The notes: a model not told the origin generated them from the sequence alone. A stretch of 48,163 nucleotides of DNA from Desulfobacteraceae bacterium (GCA_030604635.1 JAUVVL010000002.1:1-48163), one strand, 5' to 3'. Counted from the stretch's first letter, positions 8,536 to 17,338 are shown. Numbers and translations are program-made.

Positions 8536-9261
8536 CTATTTTATAGGCAAAGAGATTGTAAAAATAGTGCCGTAGTAGGGCTTGCTTTCTACTGCTATGG
8601 TCCCATCATGACTAACAACGATTCCGTAGCATATAGATAGCCCCAAACCTACCCCCGATGATTTTGTGCTAAAAAATGGATCAAATATCCTGATAATATC
8701 TTCTTCCGGAATACCCCCCCCTGTATCTTTAATCTTTAGGATAAAATTGTCTCTATCATTCTCAGTAACAATAGTCATTTCGCCTTTTTCAGGCATAGAC
8801 TCAACCGCATTGATCATCACGTTTGAAAAAACACGCTTGATCTGTTCATTATCGACGTTTATTATTGATAATTCAGCATTTAACTTTTTGTGTACTTTCA
8901 CGTGTTGTGAAACAATTTTGGTTCTAACAGAATCTAAAACACTTTCCAGGACTTCATGAATATCATGAGGCTTAATATTCAGTTTCGGCGGCCTGGCACA
9001 GTTAAGGAGTTCGGTAATTAGAAAATTAATCCTTTCCGTATTTCTGGTAATAACCTCAATATGTTTGACCCAGGGGCTGTCTGGAGCACAACCCTTCTTA
9101 AGCTGCTGGACAGACATAGATACGTTACCGAGAGGATTTCTTATCTCATGGGCTATACTGGCGGCTATCCTGCCGGTGAAGGCAAGCCTTTCGGAACGAA
9201 CCAGCTCTTCCTTTCTATCACCAAATTCTCCATAAGAATGCTTGCCAACTGAGTTTGACAT
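8536..9261 (-). CDS. Soluble histidine kinase (HisKA + HATPase_c)
   Basis: H-box SIAHEIRNPL, N-box NVMINAVESMP, G-boxes DTGGGIPEE and GVGLGLSICYG. Start set at ATG 9261 (MSNSVGKH). The longer ORF-track N-terminus (MTNDQ..) is read out of a heptamer array. Confidence 0.8.
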   Translation of the reverse strand: MSNSVGKHSYGEFGDRKEELVRSERLAFTGRIAASIAHEIRNPLGNVSMSVQQLKKGCAPDSPWVKHIEVITRNTERINFLITELLNCARPPKLNIKPHDIHEVLESVLDSVRTKIVSQHVKVHKKLNAELSIINVDNEQIKRVFSNVMINAVESMPEKGEMTIVTENDRDNFILKIKDTGGGIPEEDIIRIFDPFFSTKSSGVGLGLSICYGIVVSHDGTIAVESKPYYGTIFTISLPIK

Positions 9262-9334
9262 GTTCTTCCTCCAGTTCTCATGTTCTCCTGTTCTCCTTCG
9301 TCGAACATTTTGGTCATTGGTCACTGGTCATTAG

Positions 9335-9700
9335 TCATTGGACTATCGGTTTCTTGCCTATAGATTTAATATAGGCGTTCAGCTTTTTACCGATCGCTTC
9401 TATGTCTTCATTCAGTGAATTGAACTCATCATCATTTAGCAATTTCCTGTTATTTCCCTTAGCAAGCCAAGTTCTTGTCTCATACAGTGAACCCCGTGCA
9501 TAATAACAGAACTGTTTGTTTTCCTTATAAGAGAAACGACCAAAACCCTCACTTAAATTTGCTGCCACTGAATCGGCGGATCTAACTAACTGCTTGCCTA
9601 TTGTGTCCTTAGCGAAATAATTCCATTGAATTACAATTTTCCAAACTTTCTCACCAAGTTCCATTGCGAGTTGATAAACTTGGAGATCTTCGATTTGCAT
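9335..9700 (-). CDS. Four-helix-bundle protein (23S rRNA intervening-sequence protein family), copy 1
   Basis: DLQVYQLAMELGEKVW..KDTIGKQLVRSADSVAANLSEGFGRFSYKENKQFCYYARGSLYET is characteristic of the family. About 85% identical to 10855..11226. Start at internal ATG 9700; the upstream MVISHWSLVIG is heptamer-derived. Confidence 0.8.
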   Translation of the reverse strand: MQIEDLQVYQLAMELGEKVWKIVIQWNYFAKDTIGKQLVRSADSVAANLSEGFGRFSYKENKQFCYYARGSLYETRTWLAKGNNRKLLNDDEFNSLNEDIEAIGKKLNAYIKSIGKKPIVQ

Positions 9701-9829
9701 AATCAACTCCTCACTTCTCAATAACCAATAACCAATGACTAATGACCAATGACTAATGACCACTAACCAGCCACTAACCCCTGTTCAGTACCCCCCCGCC
9801 TCGCAAGCCCGTCCGCCATTGGCTTCGCC

Positions 9830-10834
9830 TCAGGCGAATGCCGGGCGGGCGAGAGCGTTGCGGGCAGGCACTGCCCCCCGATCGGTTATGATTCGCCTGA
9901 ATATCTGATCCCACTCTTCCAGGGAATCACCCGAAAAAGAAACTAATCTCCTTGTACCGCTACCGGCATAGATAATATCCAGCACCCTTTTTTTCTTTAG
10001 GACGTCACTTAAGTTTCTGTTTTCCATTGCACAAGCAACGAGTTCTCCGATGGGAATTTCAAAGGCAACTTTTTGCTCAAAGTCATACCACCAACAAATT
10101 CTTTTATCGGTAAGATACAGGTGACCGGGTCTCCATGTATTGTCTATAATACCCTCGGTCTCCATCAGATACCACATCTTTCCACTGCAAATGACCTGCT
10201 CTCCAGTGGTTAAGAACTTCGCCGCACTCTCTTCAAAAACAGGAAGCGCAGGATCTTCTTCAGGGACAAGGCCCAGTTCATTCATCCTTTTCTCTATGGC
10301 CTTTTTCAATTGAGACACATCTAAAGCACTCAGCCTTGCGACCTTATTATCTCCCAGAAGCAGAGATAACTCGTCCCTCTCCTTTTTTTCAGTAAAATGT
10401 TCCCCTTTCTTGGTCACCAGACCCCGTATCTTTACCAGGGGAGTCTCAAATAAAACCTTCCCAAAATCTTCATGATAGAGAAACAGCCTCTCGCCGCTAA
10501 GAAAAAAGTAACCGTATCTCCAGGCAGTATATATCCCCTCACTTGAGTAGTATGCCCCTAACATCTTGAGAACGATCTTTTCTCCCTGGGCCAAAGAGCT
10601 TTTTTTCTTGCTCCTGTGTTCCCGTTCCCAGGCCCGTATACGCTCATCCCAGGACTGCATAATCCCATATTTCAGCATGGTCTCCATGCCGGCCAGGGCC
10701 GCGCGCAGGTTAACCCCGATCAAAGGAATGCCCGCAACCGAGACGATAATATCGGCATGGATCACCAGGCCCTTGTCCAGGACCCGGTCAAGAAGATCTA
10801 CCAGAGTTGCGTTAGTGCTGCGTTGTGGTTCCAT
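9830..10834 (-). CDS. gvpJ: GvpJ/GvpA-family domain fused to two PH/GRAM-like domains
   Basis: N-terminal TLVDLLDRVLDKGLVIHADIIVSVAGIPLIGVNLRAALAGMETMLKYG is the gas-vesicle shell fold signature. It is followed by two repeats with WRYGYFFLSGERLFLYHE and WRPGHLYLTDKRICWWYD. The last ~16 aa are read from a REP element. Confidence 0.75.
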   Translation of the reverse strand: MEPQRSTNATLVDLLDRVLDKGLVIHADIIVSVAGIPLIGVNLRAALAGMETMLKYGIMQSWDERIRAWEREHRSKKKSSLAQGEKIVLKMLGAYYSSEGIYTAWRYGYFFLSGERLFLYHEDFGKVLFETPLVKIRGLVTKKGEHFTEKKERDELSLLLGDNKVARLSALDVSQLKKAIEKRMNELGLVPEEDPALPVFEESAAKFLTTGEQVICSGKMWYLMETEGIIDNTWRPGHLYLTDKRICWWYDFEQKVAFEIPIGELVACAMENRNLSDVLKKKRVLDIIYAGSGTRRLVSFSGDSLEEWDQIFRRIITDRGAVPARNALARPAFA

Positions 10835-10854
10835 AATTAGTCATTTGTCATTTG

Positions 10855-11226
10855 TCACTGGTCATTTGTCATTGGTTGCTTTCCTATGGATCTAATGTAT
10901 GCATTCAACATCTTTCCTATCGTCTCAATATCCTGATTCAACGAATCAAATTCATTATTTCTTATCAATTTCCTGTTTTTCCCTTTAGTGAGCCAAGTTT
11001 TGGTCTCATACAATGAACCGCGAGCATAATAACAAAACTGTTTATTTTCTTTATATGAGAAACGACCAAACCCCTCACTTAAATTTGCAGCCACAGAATC
11101 TGCAGATCGAACTAACTGCTTGCCTATTGTGTCCTTAGCGAAATAATTCCACTGAGTTACAATACCCCAAACTTTTTCGCCGAGGGTCATTGCCATTTGA
11201 TAGACTTTCAGATCCTCCAAATTCAT
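10855..11226 (-). CDS. Four-helix-bundle protein (23S rRNA IVS protein family), copy 2
   Basis: Paralog of 9335..9700 (DLKVYQMAMTLGEKVW..FCYYARGSLYETKTWL). Start at ATG 11226. Confidence 0.8.
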   Translation of the reverse strand: MNLEDLKVYQMAMTLGEKVWGIVTQWNYFAKDTIGKQLVRSADSVAANLSEGFGRFSYKENKQFCYYARGSLYETKTWLTKGKNRKLIRNNEFDSLNQDIETIGKMLNAYIRSIGKQPMTNDQ

Positions 11227-11306
11227 GGTCTCCTCCTCATGCCTTCCGTTACCGATGACTAATGACCAATGACTAATGACCAATGACTAATGACCAGTGA
11301 CCACTG

Positions 11307-12071
11307 TTACACAAAACTATAAGGAGGCCAGGGTCCGGTGTAGCGGACGGAAAATCCATCCATAGCATCTATTTTTTCCAGCTCAGTTCCTAGTTCTTTA
11401 CTTCCATCCTTAGTAAGCAAACAAGATAGATTCATGAACATCTGTTTATCTGTGTCTTCTGTTTTTTTGGTCTTTTCCACGCGGAGATCATCCACATAGG
11501 GCTTGATTTTCGCATAGAACTCATTAAAGTATTGGTCTGCCTTATCTTCCATCTCTTTTTTTAAGATTCCCTCCAGTTTTTGCCTGTACATATAGGCCAG
11601 TCCTCTTGGCTTTGATTTGATTTCTTCGTTTAACTTTTTGATTTCAACACTTTCTTCGGCAAGGTTCTGAGCCATTACTTCCGAATCCCAGAAGATCTGA
11701 ACTCCATATTCAGCCTTATTGCCAACCTTTTCAATTTTTGTTTTAAAACTGTCATAGTCCCGCTTTAAGCAATTCTTCATATTCTCTTCAGGGCTGGTAA
11801 GCCCGTCACCCAGAATGATGGTATCAAAACCAAAAGGAAGCACGGTGCCAAATTTTTCCCAGGCAATATCAACCACCTTTTGATGTGTGCTTACCCAGCC
11901 CTTTAATATTTCTTCATTTTCCGACTGGTACAGCTCAGCATGACAATTATGGACTACAGCACTTAAATCTTTGTAAGGAACTGTATAGACACTATTGCCT
12001 TCTATGCCGATCCTGCCCAGATTAACGCTTTCGTTGCCCTTTACAATGCAGTAAAGATATCTACCGTTCAT
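11307..12071 (-). CDS. gvpF: GvpL/GvpF-family gas vesicle protein
   Basis: N-terminal GRYLYCIV..GIEGNSVYTVPYKDLSAVV and C-terminal YTGPWPPYSFV are hallmarks of GvpF/L. Confidence 0.9.
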   Translation of the reverse strand: MNGRYLYCIVKGNESVNLGRIGIEGNSVYTVPYKDLSAVVHNCHAELYQSENEEILKGWVSTHQKVVDIAWEKFGTVLPFGFDTIILGDGLTSPEENMKNCLKRDYDSFKTKIEKVGNKAEYGVQIFWDSEVMAQNLAEESVEIKKLNEEIKSKPRGLAYMYRQKLEGILKKEMEDKADQYFNEFYAKIKPYVDDLRVEKTKKTEDTDKQMFMNLSCLLTKDGSKELGTELEKIDAMDGFSVRYTGPWPPYSFV

Positions 12072-12255
12072 AGGTTCAAGGTTCAGAGGTTCAGAGGTTC
12101 ATGGTTGAATAAATAATGCTTAATAATCAATGGGTAACAATTAATAATTAACAATTGATTATTGATTATTAGATTGGGGTTCAGGTTCAGTGATCATTAG
12201 GCATTATCTAAATATTTATTCCTCAAATCTTCAATCTTCAATCTTCAATCTTCAA
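12072..12255. repeat. Composite STRR-like heptamer block (AGGTTCA, ATTGATT, CTTCAAT units)
   Basis: aggttcaaggttcagaggttcagaggttca .. attgattattgattatt .. cttcaatcttcaatcttcaatcttcaat fills the gvpF-gvpK spacer. Confidence 0.85.
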
Positions 12256-12558
12256 TTATCCATCCCACCTTTCAGGATTAATCATTTTGTCTAACAGCTC
12301 ATCTACGATATTATCCAGACCGTCTCTTACAGATTTAACCGACTCACTTATTCCCTGTTCTTTCTTTATCTCCTCGATCGCTGTGTCCAGATCCATCAGG
12401 GCTCGCCCCAACCTGTCAATCTCTTCTTCGGTAAGACTTCCCCCTTCCATTCTTTTTAGAGCCTGAAGCCTGAGGGCCTCCTTGATGATCTCCACCAGGG
12501 CTATAACTAATCCCAGGACCCCGTGTTTAAGATTTTTCTCGTCAATATCTATTGGCAT
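12256..12558 (-). CDS. gvpK: Gas vesicle protein GvpK
   Basis: GVLGLVIALVEIIKEALRLQALKRMEGGSLTEEEIDRLGRALMDLDTAIEEI matches the conserved GvpK core. The start overlaps the upstream gene by 10 nt. Confidence 0.85.
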   Translation of the reverse strand: MPIDIDEKNLKHGVLGLVIALVEIIKEALRLQALKRMEGGSLTEEEIDRLGRALMDLDTAIEEIKKEQGISESVKSVRDGLDNIVDELLDKMINPERWDG

Positions 12559-12956
12559 TTTCTAAAGTGTCCATTGGTCGTTGTATATATACGGCCTGAT
12601 GCTTTATATCCACAACTGAAGCAACCGCTATTATCGAATTCATCTCTTATTACTTGCCTTCCACAATGAGGGCAATGTATTCTATATAAACCGGTATTTC
12701 CCTTTGTGCCGTGACTACCCACCTGTCCTTGCTGATGATGCACGGATTGAGTCCCTGCCTGCTCCAGATCTTCTTCTGTTCCCTGCCAACCGCATAAATA
12801 GCAGCCCTTGTTCATCAACTCCTTTTTGACTACTCGCCTCCCGCAAGCAGGACACATCACCCAATAAGGGCTTCCATCTTTTCTTTCCGCTTCGTCTTTG
12901 ACTTCGTTTAAAACTTTTTGTACAATAGGGCCAAAAACCATATCTCCTGCTTTCAC
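12549..12956 (-). CDS. Double zinc-ribbon protein
   Basis: Two copies of CPxCGRxV-x8-GCxxCGW/Y (CPACGRRVVKKELMNKGCYLCGW; CPHCGRQVIRDEFDNSGCFSCGY). The same module ends the adjacent GvpJ-like protein. Confidence 0.6.
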   Translation of the reverse strand: MKAGDMVFGPIVQKVLNEVKDEAERKDGSPYWVMCPACGRRVVKKELMNKGCYLCGWQGTEEDLEQAGTQSVHHQQGQVGSHGTKGNTGLYRIHCPHCGRQVIRDEFDNSGCFSCGYKASGRIYTTTNGHFRKCQ

Positions 12957-13031
12957 CTTTCCTTTTTCAGCTTTACATCATGCATCCCATGCCCGCCCTG
13001 GCGGAAATGACCAATGACCAGTGACCACTGA

Positions 13032-13391
13032 CTAATGACCACTGACAACTTCTTGAGCCTTTGCCTTGGCACTGATCCACCCGCACCAGTGGCAGCCGGT
13101 GGTTATAAGATCCTCCACGGGAACCCTCTTATCACATTGAGGACAGTTTTCCTTGGCGATCAGAGCATCTTTCCAGGCTGCTGTCTCATAATTGGTTCCT
13201 GAAGGAAATTCCAAACCGTATTTGGCTGCTGTCTCAAAGGATGACAGGGCAGCCCTGATCTTGATGCCCAGCAGTTCGACTCCGGCCACAGATACAGTAA
13301 TGTCTGCGTTAATCACAAGTCCCTTGTCCAGTATCCTGTCTATTACGTCAGCTAAACCGCCACCACCATTTCGAGATGGTTCTATAGTCAT
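13032..13391 (-). CDS. gvpJ: GvpJ/GvpM/GvpA-family protein with C-terminal zinc ribbon
   Basis: GLADVIDRILDKGLVINADITVSVAGVELLGIKIRAALSSFETAAKYGL followed by CPQCDKRVPVEDLITTGCHWCGW. Confidence 0.85.
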   Translation of the reverse strand: MTIEPSRNGGGGLADVIDRILDKGLVINADITVSVAGVELLGIKIRAALSSFETAAKYGLEFPSGTNYETAAWKDALIAKENCPQCDKRVPVEDLITTGCHWCGWISAKAKAQEVVSGH

Positions 13392-13412
13392 TATTATCCT
13401 CCTTCAGTCCTA

Positions 13413-14324
13413 TTATCCTATCCTGAAAATTCCTTCACAATAGTCATTCCCATCGGGAAGAGTTGAATCAAATTCAAAACGGGCTCCTGGATTAATTGCC
13501 CGTGCTACGTTATTGATATACTCGATGCAATAAAAAGAGCAGCCTACCCATCCAGGCTCCTGATCCAGCCCCATACTCTTAATCACCGAATACTGCCAGC
13601 AGGCGTTCACCCTAATAGTTGATTCTACGTCACCTTTATCTACAACCTTAACCTTTGGACTCCCTATAATGGCAGACATTGCTCCATAAGTGTTAGCCAT
13701 GGCAGCGGCATCATTTCCTTTAATGCCCAATTTCTCCTTTGATGACAGATATTTTGCCCCGATTGAATCGAGGGCCAATTTCTTTGCCTTTAAAAGGCCT
13801 TTCCAGGTTCCTCCGTGCCTTTTAATCAAATCCCTCTCCATCTGATAAGTAGCCCCAATATACTTGACTAAGTACATGATCCTGACCCAATCTTTGCTTG
13901 CCAGTTCGAACTTTTCCCTGGTAGGAAGCTTTTTTATAACCTCTTCAATTGTATCAAAAAGAGCATCCTTCATTTCAGGCATCAATTCTTCAAATATTTC
14001 CCGTGCCCGGTGTATACATTCCACCGCCTTTTCGTGCTCTCCTCCGGCCTGGTGGATCTCACCGAGAGTTACATAGGGAAGTGTTTTGTCCTGCGCTTTA
14101 CTGATCGCTTTTTTCGCCCGCTCCATAGCCAGGTCAAGGTGACCGGTGTTCATATATGAATCTGCTAAATTATTGCAAATAAGAGCGGCGTTATCTGAGC
14201 CCCCATCTAAGGCTTGCCGGTAATGCTCGATTGAACCTGCATAATCTCCTTTCGAAGCACACCTGTATCCCATTTTCATGGAATGGCTCCAGCCTATTTT
14301 GTCCAGCCCATATTTAGCCATCAC
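13413..14324 (-). CDS. TPR-repeat protein with Cys-containing C-terminal domain (possibly ATC-hydrolase-like fold)
   Basis: N-terminal TPR-like helices (YRCASKGDYAGSIEHYRQALD..; GEHEKAVECIHRAREIFE). C-terminal NACWQYSVIKSMGL..CSFYCIEY..INPGARFEFDSTLPDGNDYCEGIFRI resembles that family from memory only. Confidence 0.45.
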   Translation of the reverse strand: MMAKYGLDKIGWSHSMKMGYRCASKGDYAGSIEHYRQALDGGSDNAALICNNLADSYMNTGHLDLAMERAKKAISKAQDKTLPYVTLGEIHQAGGEHEKAVECIHRAREIFEELMPEMKDALFDTIEEVIKKLPTREKFELASKDWVRIMYLVKYIGATYQMERDLIKRHGGTWKGLLKAKKLALDSIGAKYLSSKEKLGIKGNDAAAMANTYGAMSAIIGSPKVKVVDKGDVESTIRVNACWQYSVIKSMGLDQEPGWVGCSFYCIEYINNVARAINPGARFEFDSTLPDGNDYCEGIFRIG

Positions 14325-14333
14325 AGCACCTCG

Positions 14334-15713
14334 TCAAGCAAACTGGTAGAGCGCTTCTTTAAACTGAAACTCGTTAATGGCTCTTTCATATAGGTCATTG
14401 AGCTCTGCATAGGTGATATTTTCTAATTCTATAACACCTCTTTCAAGTTGATATGAGTATTGACTCCAATCGGAAGTTACTAACATGTCATTCATCTCAC
14501 AGTATTCGTATAATGGGGTTCCGGGGAAAGGGGTTACTATTGAAAATCCTGCGCTGTCCAGACCGTGATTTAGTGCCAGATCCTTGGCAAGGTTTATTGT
14601 ATCCTCAACTGTTTCAACAGTCTCTGTAGGGTAGCCCATCATGAAATATCCATAAGAAGATATGCCCGTTTTTGAAGTTATCTTTACAGTTTCCCGCACC
14701 TGATCGATGGTGAAACCTTTGTTGCAGAGGTCAAGTATCCTCTGGTTTCCGAATTCAATACCATAGAAAATTACAATACAGTTGGCCTTTTTCATCTCTT
14801 CAAGTAGCTCCTCTGACACCAAACTTACCCTCCCATCGCAGGCCCAGGCAAGATCATCAAGACCTCTCTCTGCCATACCCCGGCACAGGTCAATGGTCCA
14901 CTTTTTGTTTACAATGAGAAGGTCATCAAGGAATCTGATATATCTTACGCCAAACTCTTTATAAATCTGCTCCAGTTCATCCAGAACATTCTCCACGGAT
15001 CGCCTTCTGTGTTTTCTTCCCCATATACGAGGAGCAGCGCAGAATGCACAATGATAGGGGCATCCTCTTGTTGATAAGACAGGGCTGAATGTTTGGCCTT
15101 CAGTCCATAACCCGCGGTAGGCGGGATTGTGTAGTAAATTACGGGCAGGAAAAGCGAATGTGTCAAGGCTCTTAACAAAGGGCCGATCCGGATTAACGAT
15201 TATATCATTATCACGTTTGAAGGTTATACCTTTAATTGCGGTAAGATCGCCTCCCTTTGTTAGACAATTTATCAAATCCAGGCTGGTTATCTCACCTTCA
15301 CCCCTAACGCAAAAATCCACCGAATCATTATTAATAACAGTTTTATGCTCAAAATGTATATGAGGCCCTCCCAGAATTACTTTTATATCCGGACTGATTT
15401 TCTTTACCTTTTCTGCAAGATAAAGAGCGCTGTTTATGCGCGCTGTAATAGCTGTTATGCCAACGAATTGAGGAGCCTCTTTTTCAATCTTTTTTATGAC
15501 TTCATCATGGGAAAGGCTTCTTGTCCTGGCTTCGATCAAGCTAACATCTATGCTATTTTCCAACAACGTTGCGGCAATATATGCAAGACCAAGAGGGGGA
15601 TATACTTCGTGCATTTTAGTTGCATTAGTGGCCCCATGGCTTTTTGCCATGTCTGAAACCCGATCAGGCGGGTCGACCAAAACACATTTCACCCCTTGAT
15701 CCTTTCCAGTCAT
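14334..15713 (-). CDS. B12-binding-domain radical SAM enzyme, paralog 1
   Basis: N-terminal Rossmann-like cobalamin-binding region (PPLGLAYIAATL..GGPHIHF) and CxxxCxxC cluster motif STRGCPYHCAFCAAP. About half the residues are identical to 29507..30895. Confidence 0.85.
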   Translation of the reverse strand: MTGKDQGVKCVLVDPPDRVSDMAKSHGATNATKMHEVYPPLGLAYIAATLLENSIDVSLIEARTRSLSHDEVIKKIEKEAPQFVGITAITARINSALYLAEKVKKISPDIKVILGGPHIHFEHKTVINNDSVDFCVRGEGEITSLDLINCLTKGGDLTAIKGITFKRDNDIIVNPDRPFVKSLDTFAFPARNLLHNPAYRGLWTEGQTFSPVLSTRGCPYHCAFCAAPRIWGRKHRRRSVENVLDELEQIYKEFGVRYIRFLDDLLIVNKKWTIDLCRGMAERGLDDLAWACDGRVSLVSEELLEEMKKANCIVIFYGIEFGNQRILDLCNKGFTIDQVRETVKITSKTGISSYGYFMMGYPTETVETVEDTINLAKDLALNHGLDSAGFSIVTPFPGTPLYEYCEMNDMLVTSDWSQYSYQLERGVIELENITYAELNDLYERAINEFQFKEALYQFA

Positions 15714-15797
15714 CTCTTCCCCTTTGACCTGATTTCAGCATTGTAAATGTTTAACGACCTCTACAGCCTTCGTCTATTCCTGGTGCTGTTTTGGCTT

Positions 15798-16592
15798 CTA
15801 ATCCGGAACATATTGTACTTTATTCCTGCAATGTTTACATTCCATAACCCTTCCATCAGTTTTGAGTACTATATCTCCATCACAATATGGACATTTTTCT
15901 TTGCTTGTCGGTCCCGGTGGGGGTTTTGTGGACTTGCTTTTATGTGGCTTAAGCGGAGCCGGAGTATAGGGCTTAATTGGCACAGGAGTGTATGGCTTGA
16001 GTGGTGCTGGACTGTAGTCCTTAAGCGGAACTGGACTGTAGTCCTTAAGCGGAACCGGACTGTAGTCCTTTAACGGCGCTGGTTTGTACGGCTTAATAGG
16101 CACAGGAGTGTATGGCTTGAGTGGTGCTGGACTGTAGTCCTTAAGCGGAACTGGGCTGTAGTCCTTTAATGGCGCTGGCTTGTACGGCTTAATTGGCACA
16201 GGAGTATATGCCTTCAATGGTGCCGGCTTATATGGCTTGAGCGGAGCTGGGGTGTAGGACTTGAGTGGAACCGGGGCATAGTCCTTCAATTGCACTGGTT
16301 TGTATGGTTTAACAACTGGTGTGTACGGCTTCAACGGTGCTGGTTCGTATGGCTTAACCGGTACTGGACTGTAGTCCTTTAATGGCGCTGGTTTGTACGG
16401 CTTAACTGGCACAGGAGTATATGCCTTCAATGGTGCCGGCTTATATGGCTTGAGCGGCACAGGAGTATAGGCCTTCAGTCGCTTAGGGCTATAGGAAGAC
16501 CTGGATTTGGATCCTGGATGGTCTTTGCCACACTTTATAAATCTTTCCCGCCACCTTTTGTCCTTACTTAATGCCTCAATTCTTTCCTGCAT
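15798..16592 (-). CDS. Proline-rich tandem-repeat protein (about 22 x P-[AV]-P-[LIV]-K-x-Y-x) with C-terminal zinc ribbon
   Basis: PAPLKPYK/PVPLKDYS/PVPIKPYK units span aa ~34-212. C-terminal CPYCDGDIVLKTDGRVMECKHCRNK. Confidence 0.7.
   Translation of the reverse strand: MQERIEALSKDKRWRERFIKCGKDHPGSKSRSSYSPKRLKAYTPVPLKPYKPAPLKAYTPVPVKPYKPAPLKDYSPVPVKPYEPAPLKPYTPVVKPYKPVQLKDYAPVPLKSYTPAPLKPYKPAPLKAYTPVPIKPYKPAPLKDYSPVPLKDYSPAPLKPYTPVPIKPYKPAPLKDYSPVPLKDYSPVPLKDYSPAPLKPYTPVPIKPYTPAPLKPHKSKSTKPPPGPTSKEKCPYCDGDIVLKTDGRVMECKHCRNKVQYVPD
15957..16493. repeat. 24-bp-period coding tandem repeat (P-x-P-L-K-x-Y-x units)
   Basis: Reiterated cttaagcggaactggactgtagtc-type units with higher-order near-identical blocks (e.g. 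15990-16070 versus 16110-16160). Confidence 0.85.
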
Positions 16593-16634
16593 TTTTAGCT
16601 CCTTTCAAAGACCACCAATCTCAATATGAAGGCA

Positions 16635-16934
16635 TCATGAATGAATCCATCTCCTGTATTTTTCATCCGGTGATTCCGAATACTTCCCCTCGGAAGATAA
16701 CCGTCCTGTTTTGCCTAATTCTCTTTGCCCTGTATGTGTAAGTTCAACTTTTCCTGATCTGTATCCACCTTTGCCGGCTGCAAATACAAGAACAAACCCC
16801 TTCCTGCCTAATTGCTCTAGCACATTCTTTAAACTGTCAATTTCTGCGCCCATTTTACGAGCTAATTTGGATATAGTAATATATAAGCCTTCATCAAGGA
16901 TTAGGCTTAGAATTGTTTTTTCATAATGAGTCAC
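16635..16934 (-). CDS. Small winged-helix (MarR/TrmB-like) protein
   Basis: ILSLILDEGLYITISKLARKMGAEIDSLKNVLEQLGRKGFVLV is a helix-turn-helix plus wing pattern. Confidence 0.5.
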   Translation of the reverse strand: MTHYEKTILSLILDEGLYITISKLARKMGAEIDSLKNVLEQLGRKGFVLVFAAGKGGYRSGKVELTHTGQRELGKTGRLSSEGKYSESPDEKYRRWIHS

Positions 16935-16958
16935 ATTAAGTAGCCTCCACCTATTTTC

Positions 16959-17189
16959 CTACTTCCTCGACTTTCCCATATTTGCTAAGAATTCTTCACC
17001 TTTTAAGGTGATTTCATATCCCGTTAAAGTTGTTCCCCTTATATAGCCACCCCTCCATAGGGATTTGCAGAGGGTGGCTGAATACCCGGCCGAGAAACCC
17101 ATTTCTTCGCCTATCTCATCTGGCCCCGCCTTTTCTAACTCCTGAATTATCTGCAGCGCATACTGCTCACTTCCTACCACCCATGCCAT
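16959..17189 (-). CDS. Small wHTH protein of the S-x-[DE]-Y-A-x-x-x-C family
   Basis: ALQIIQELEKAGPDEIGEEMGFSAGYSATLCKSLWRGGYIRG..YEITLKGEEF. Paralogs at 23588, 25458, 30928, 31323, 32760 and within 28315. Confidence 0.6.
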   Translation of the reverse strand: MAWVVGSEQYALQIIQELEKAGPDEIGEEMGFSAGYSATLCKSLWRGGYIRGTTLTGYEITLKGEEFLANMGKSRK

Positions 17190-17338
17190 TTTGCCTATCC
17201 CTCATACTTTATGGGTTTTATAATTTCCTCTACTATCCTTAGGACTTTTAATTCAGTCCTACCATGCTTCTATTTAATACCTCCTAATACGTGGCCCTTT
17301 AAGGGGACTCCGCAGGAGGTTTTCGGATGGAGATTGAA

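Noticed and set aside
9701-9763. N-terminal extensions such as MVISHWSLVIG (9335..9763, 10855..11283), MTNDQ.. (8536..9324) and MTNYNGVK (27488..27991)
   Set aside because: They are read out of heptamer arrays that contain ATG in every frame. Internal ATGs with RBS and paralog alignment give the shorter starts used in the feature list.
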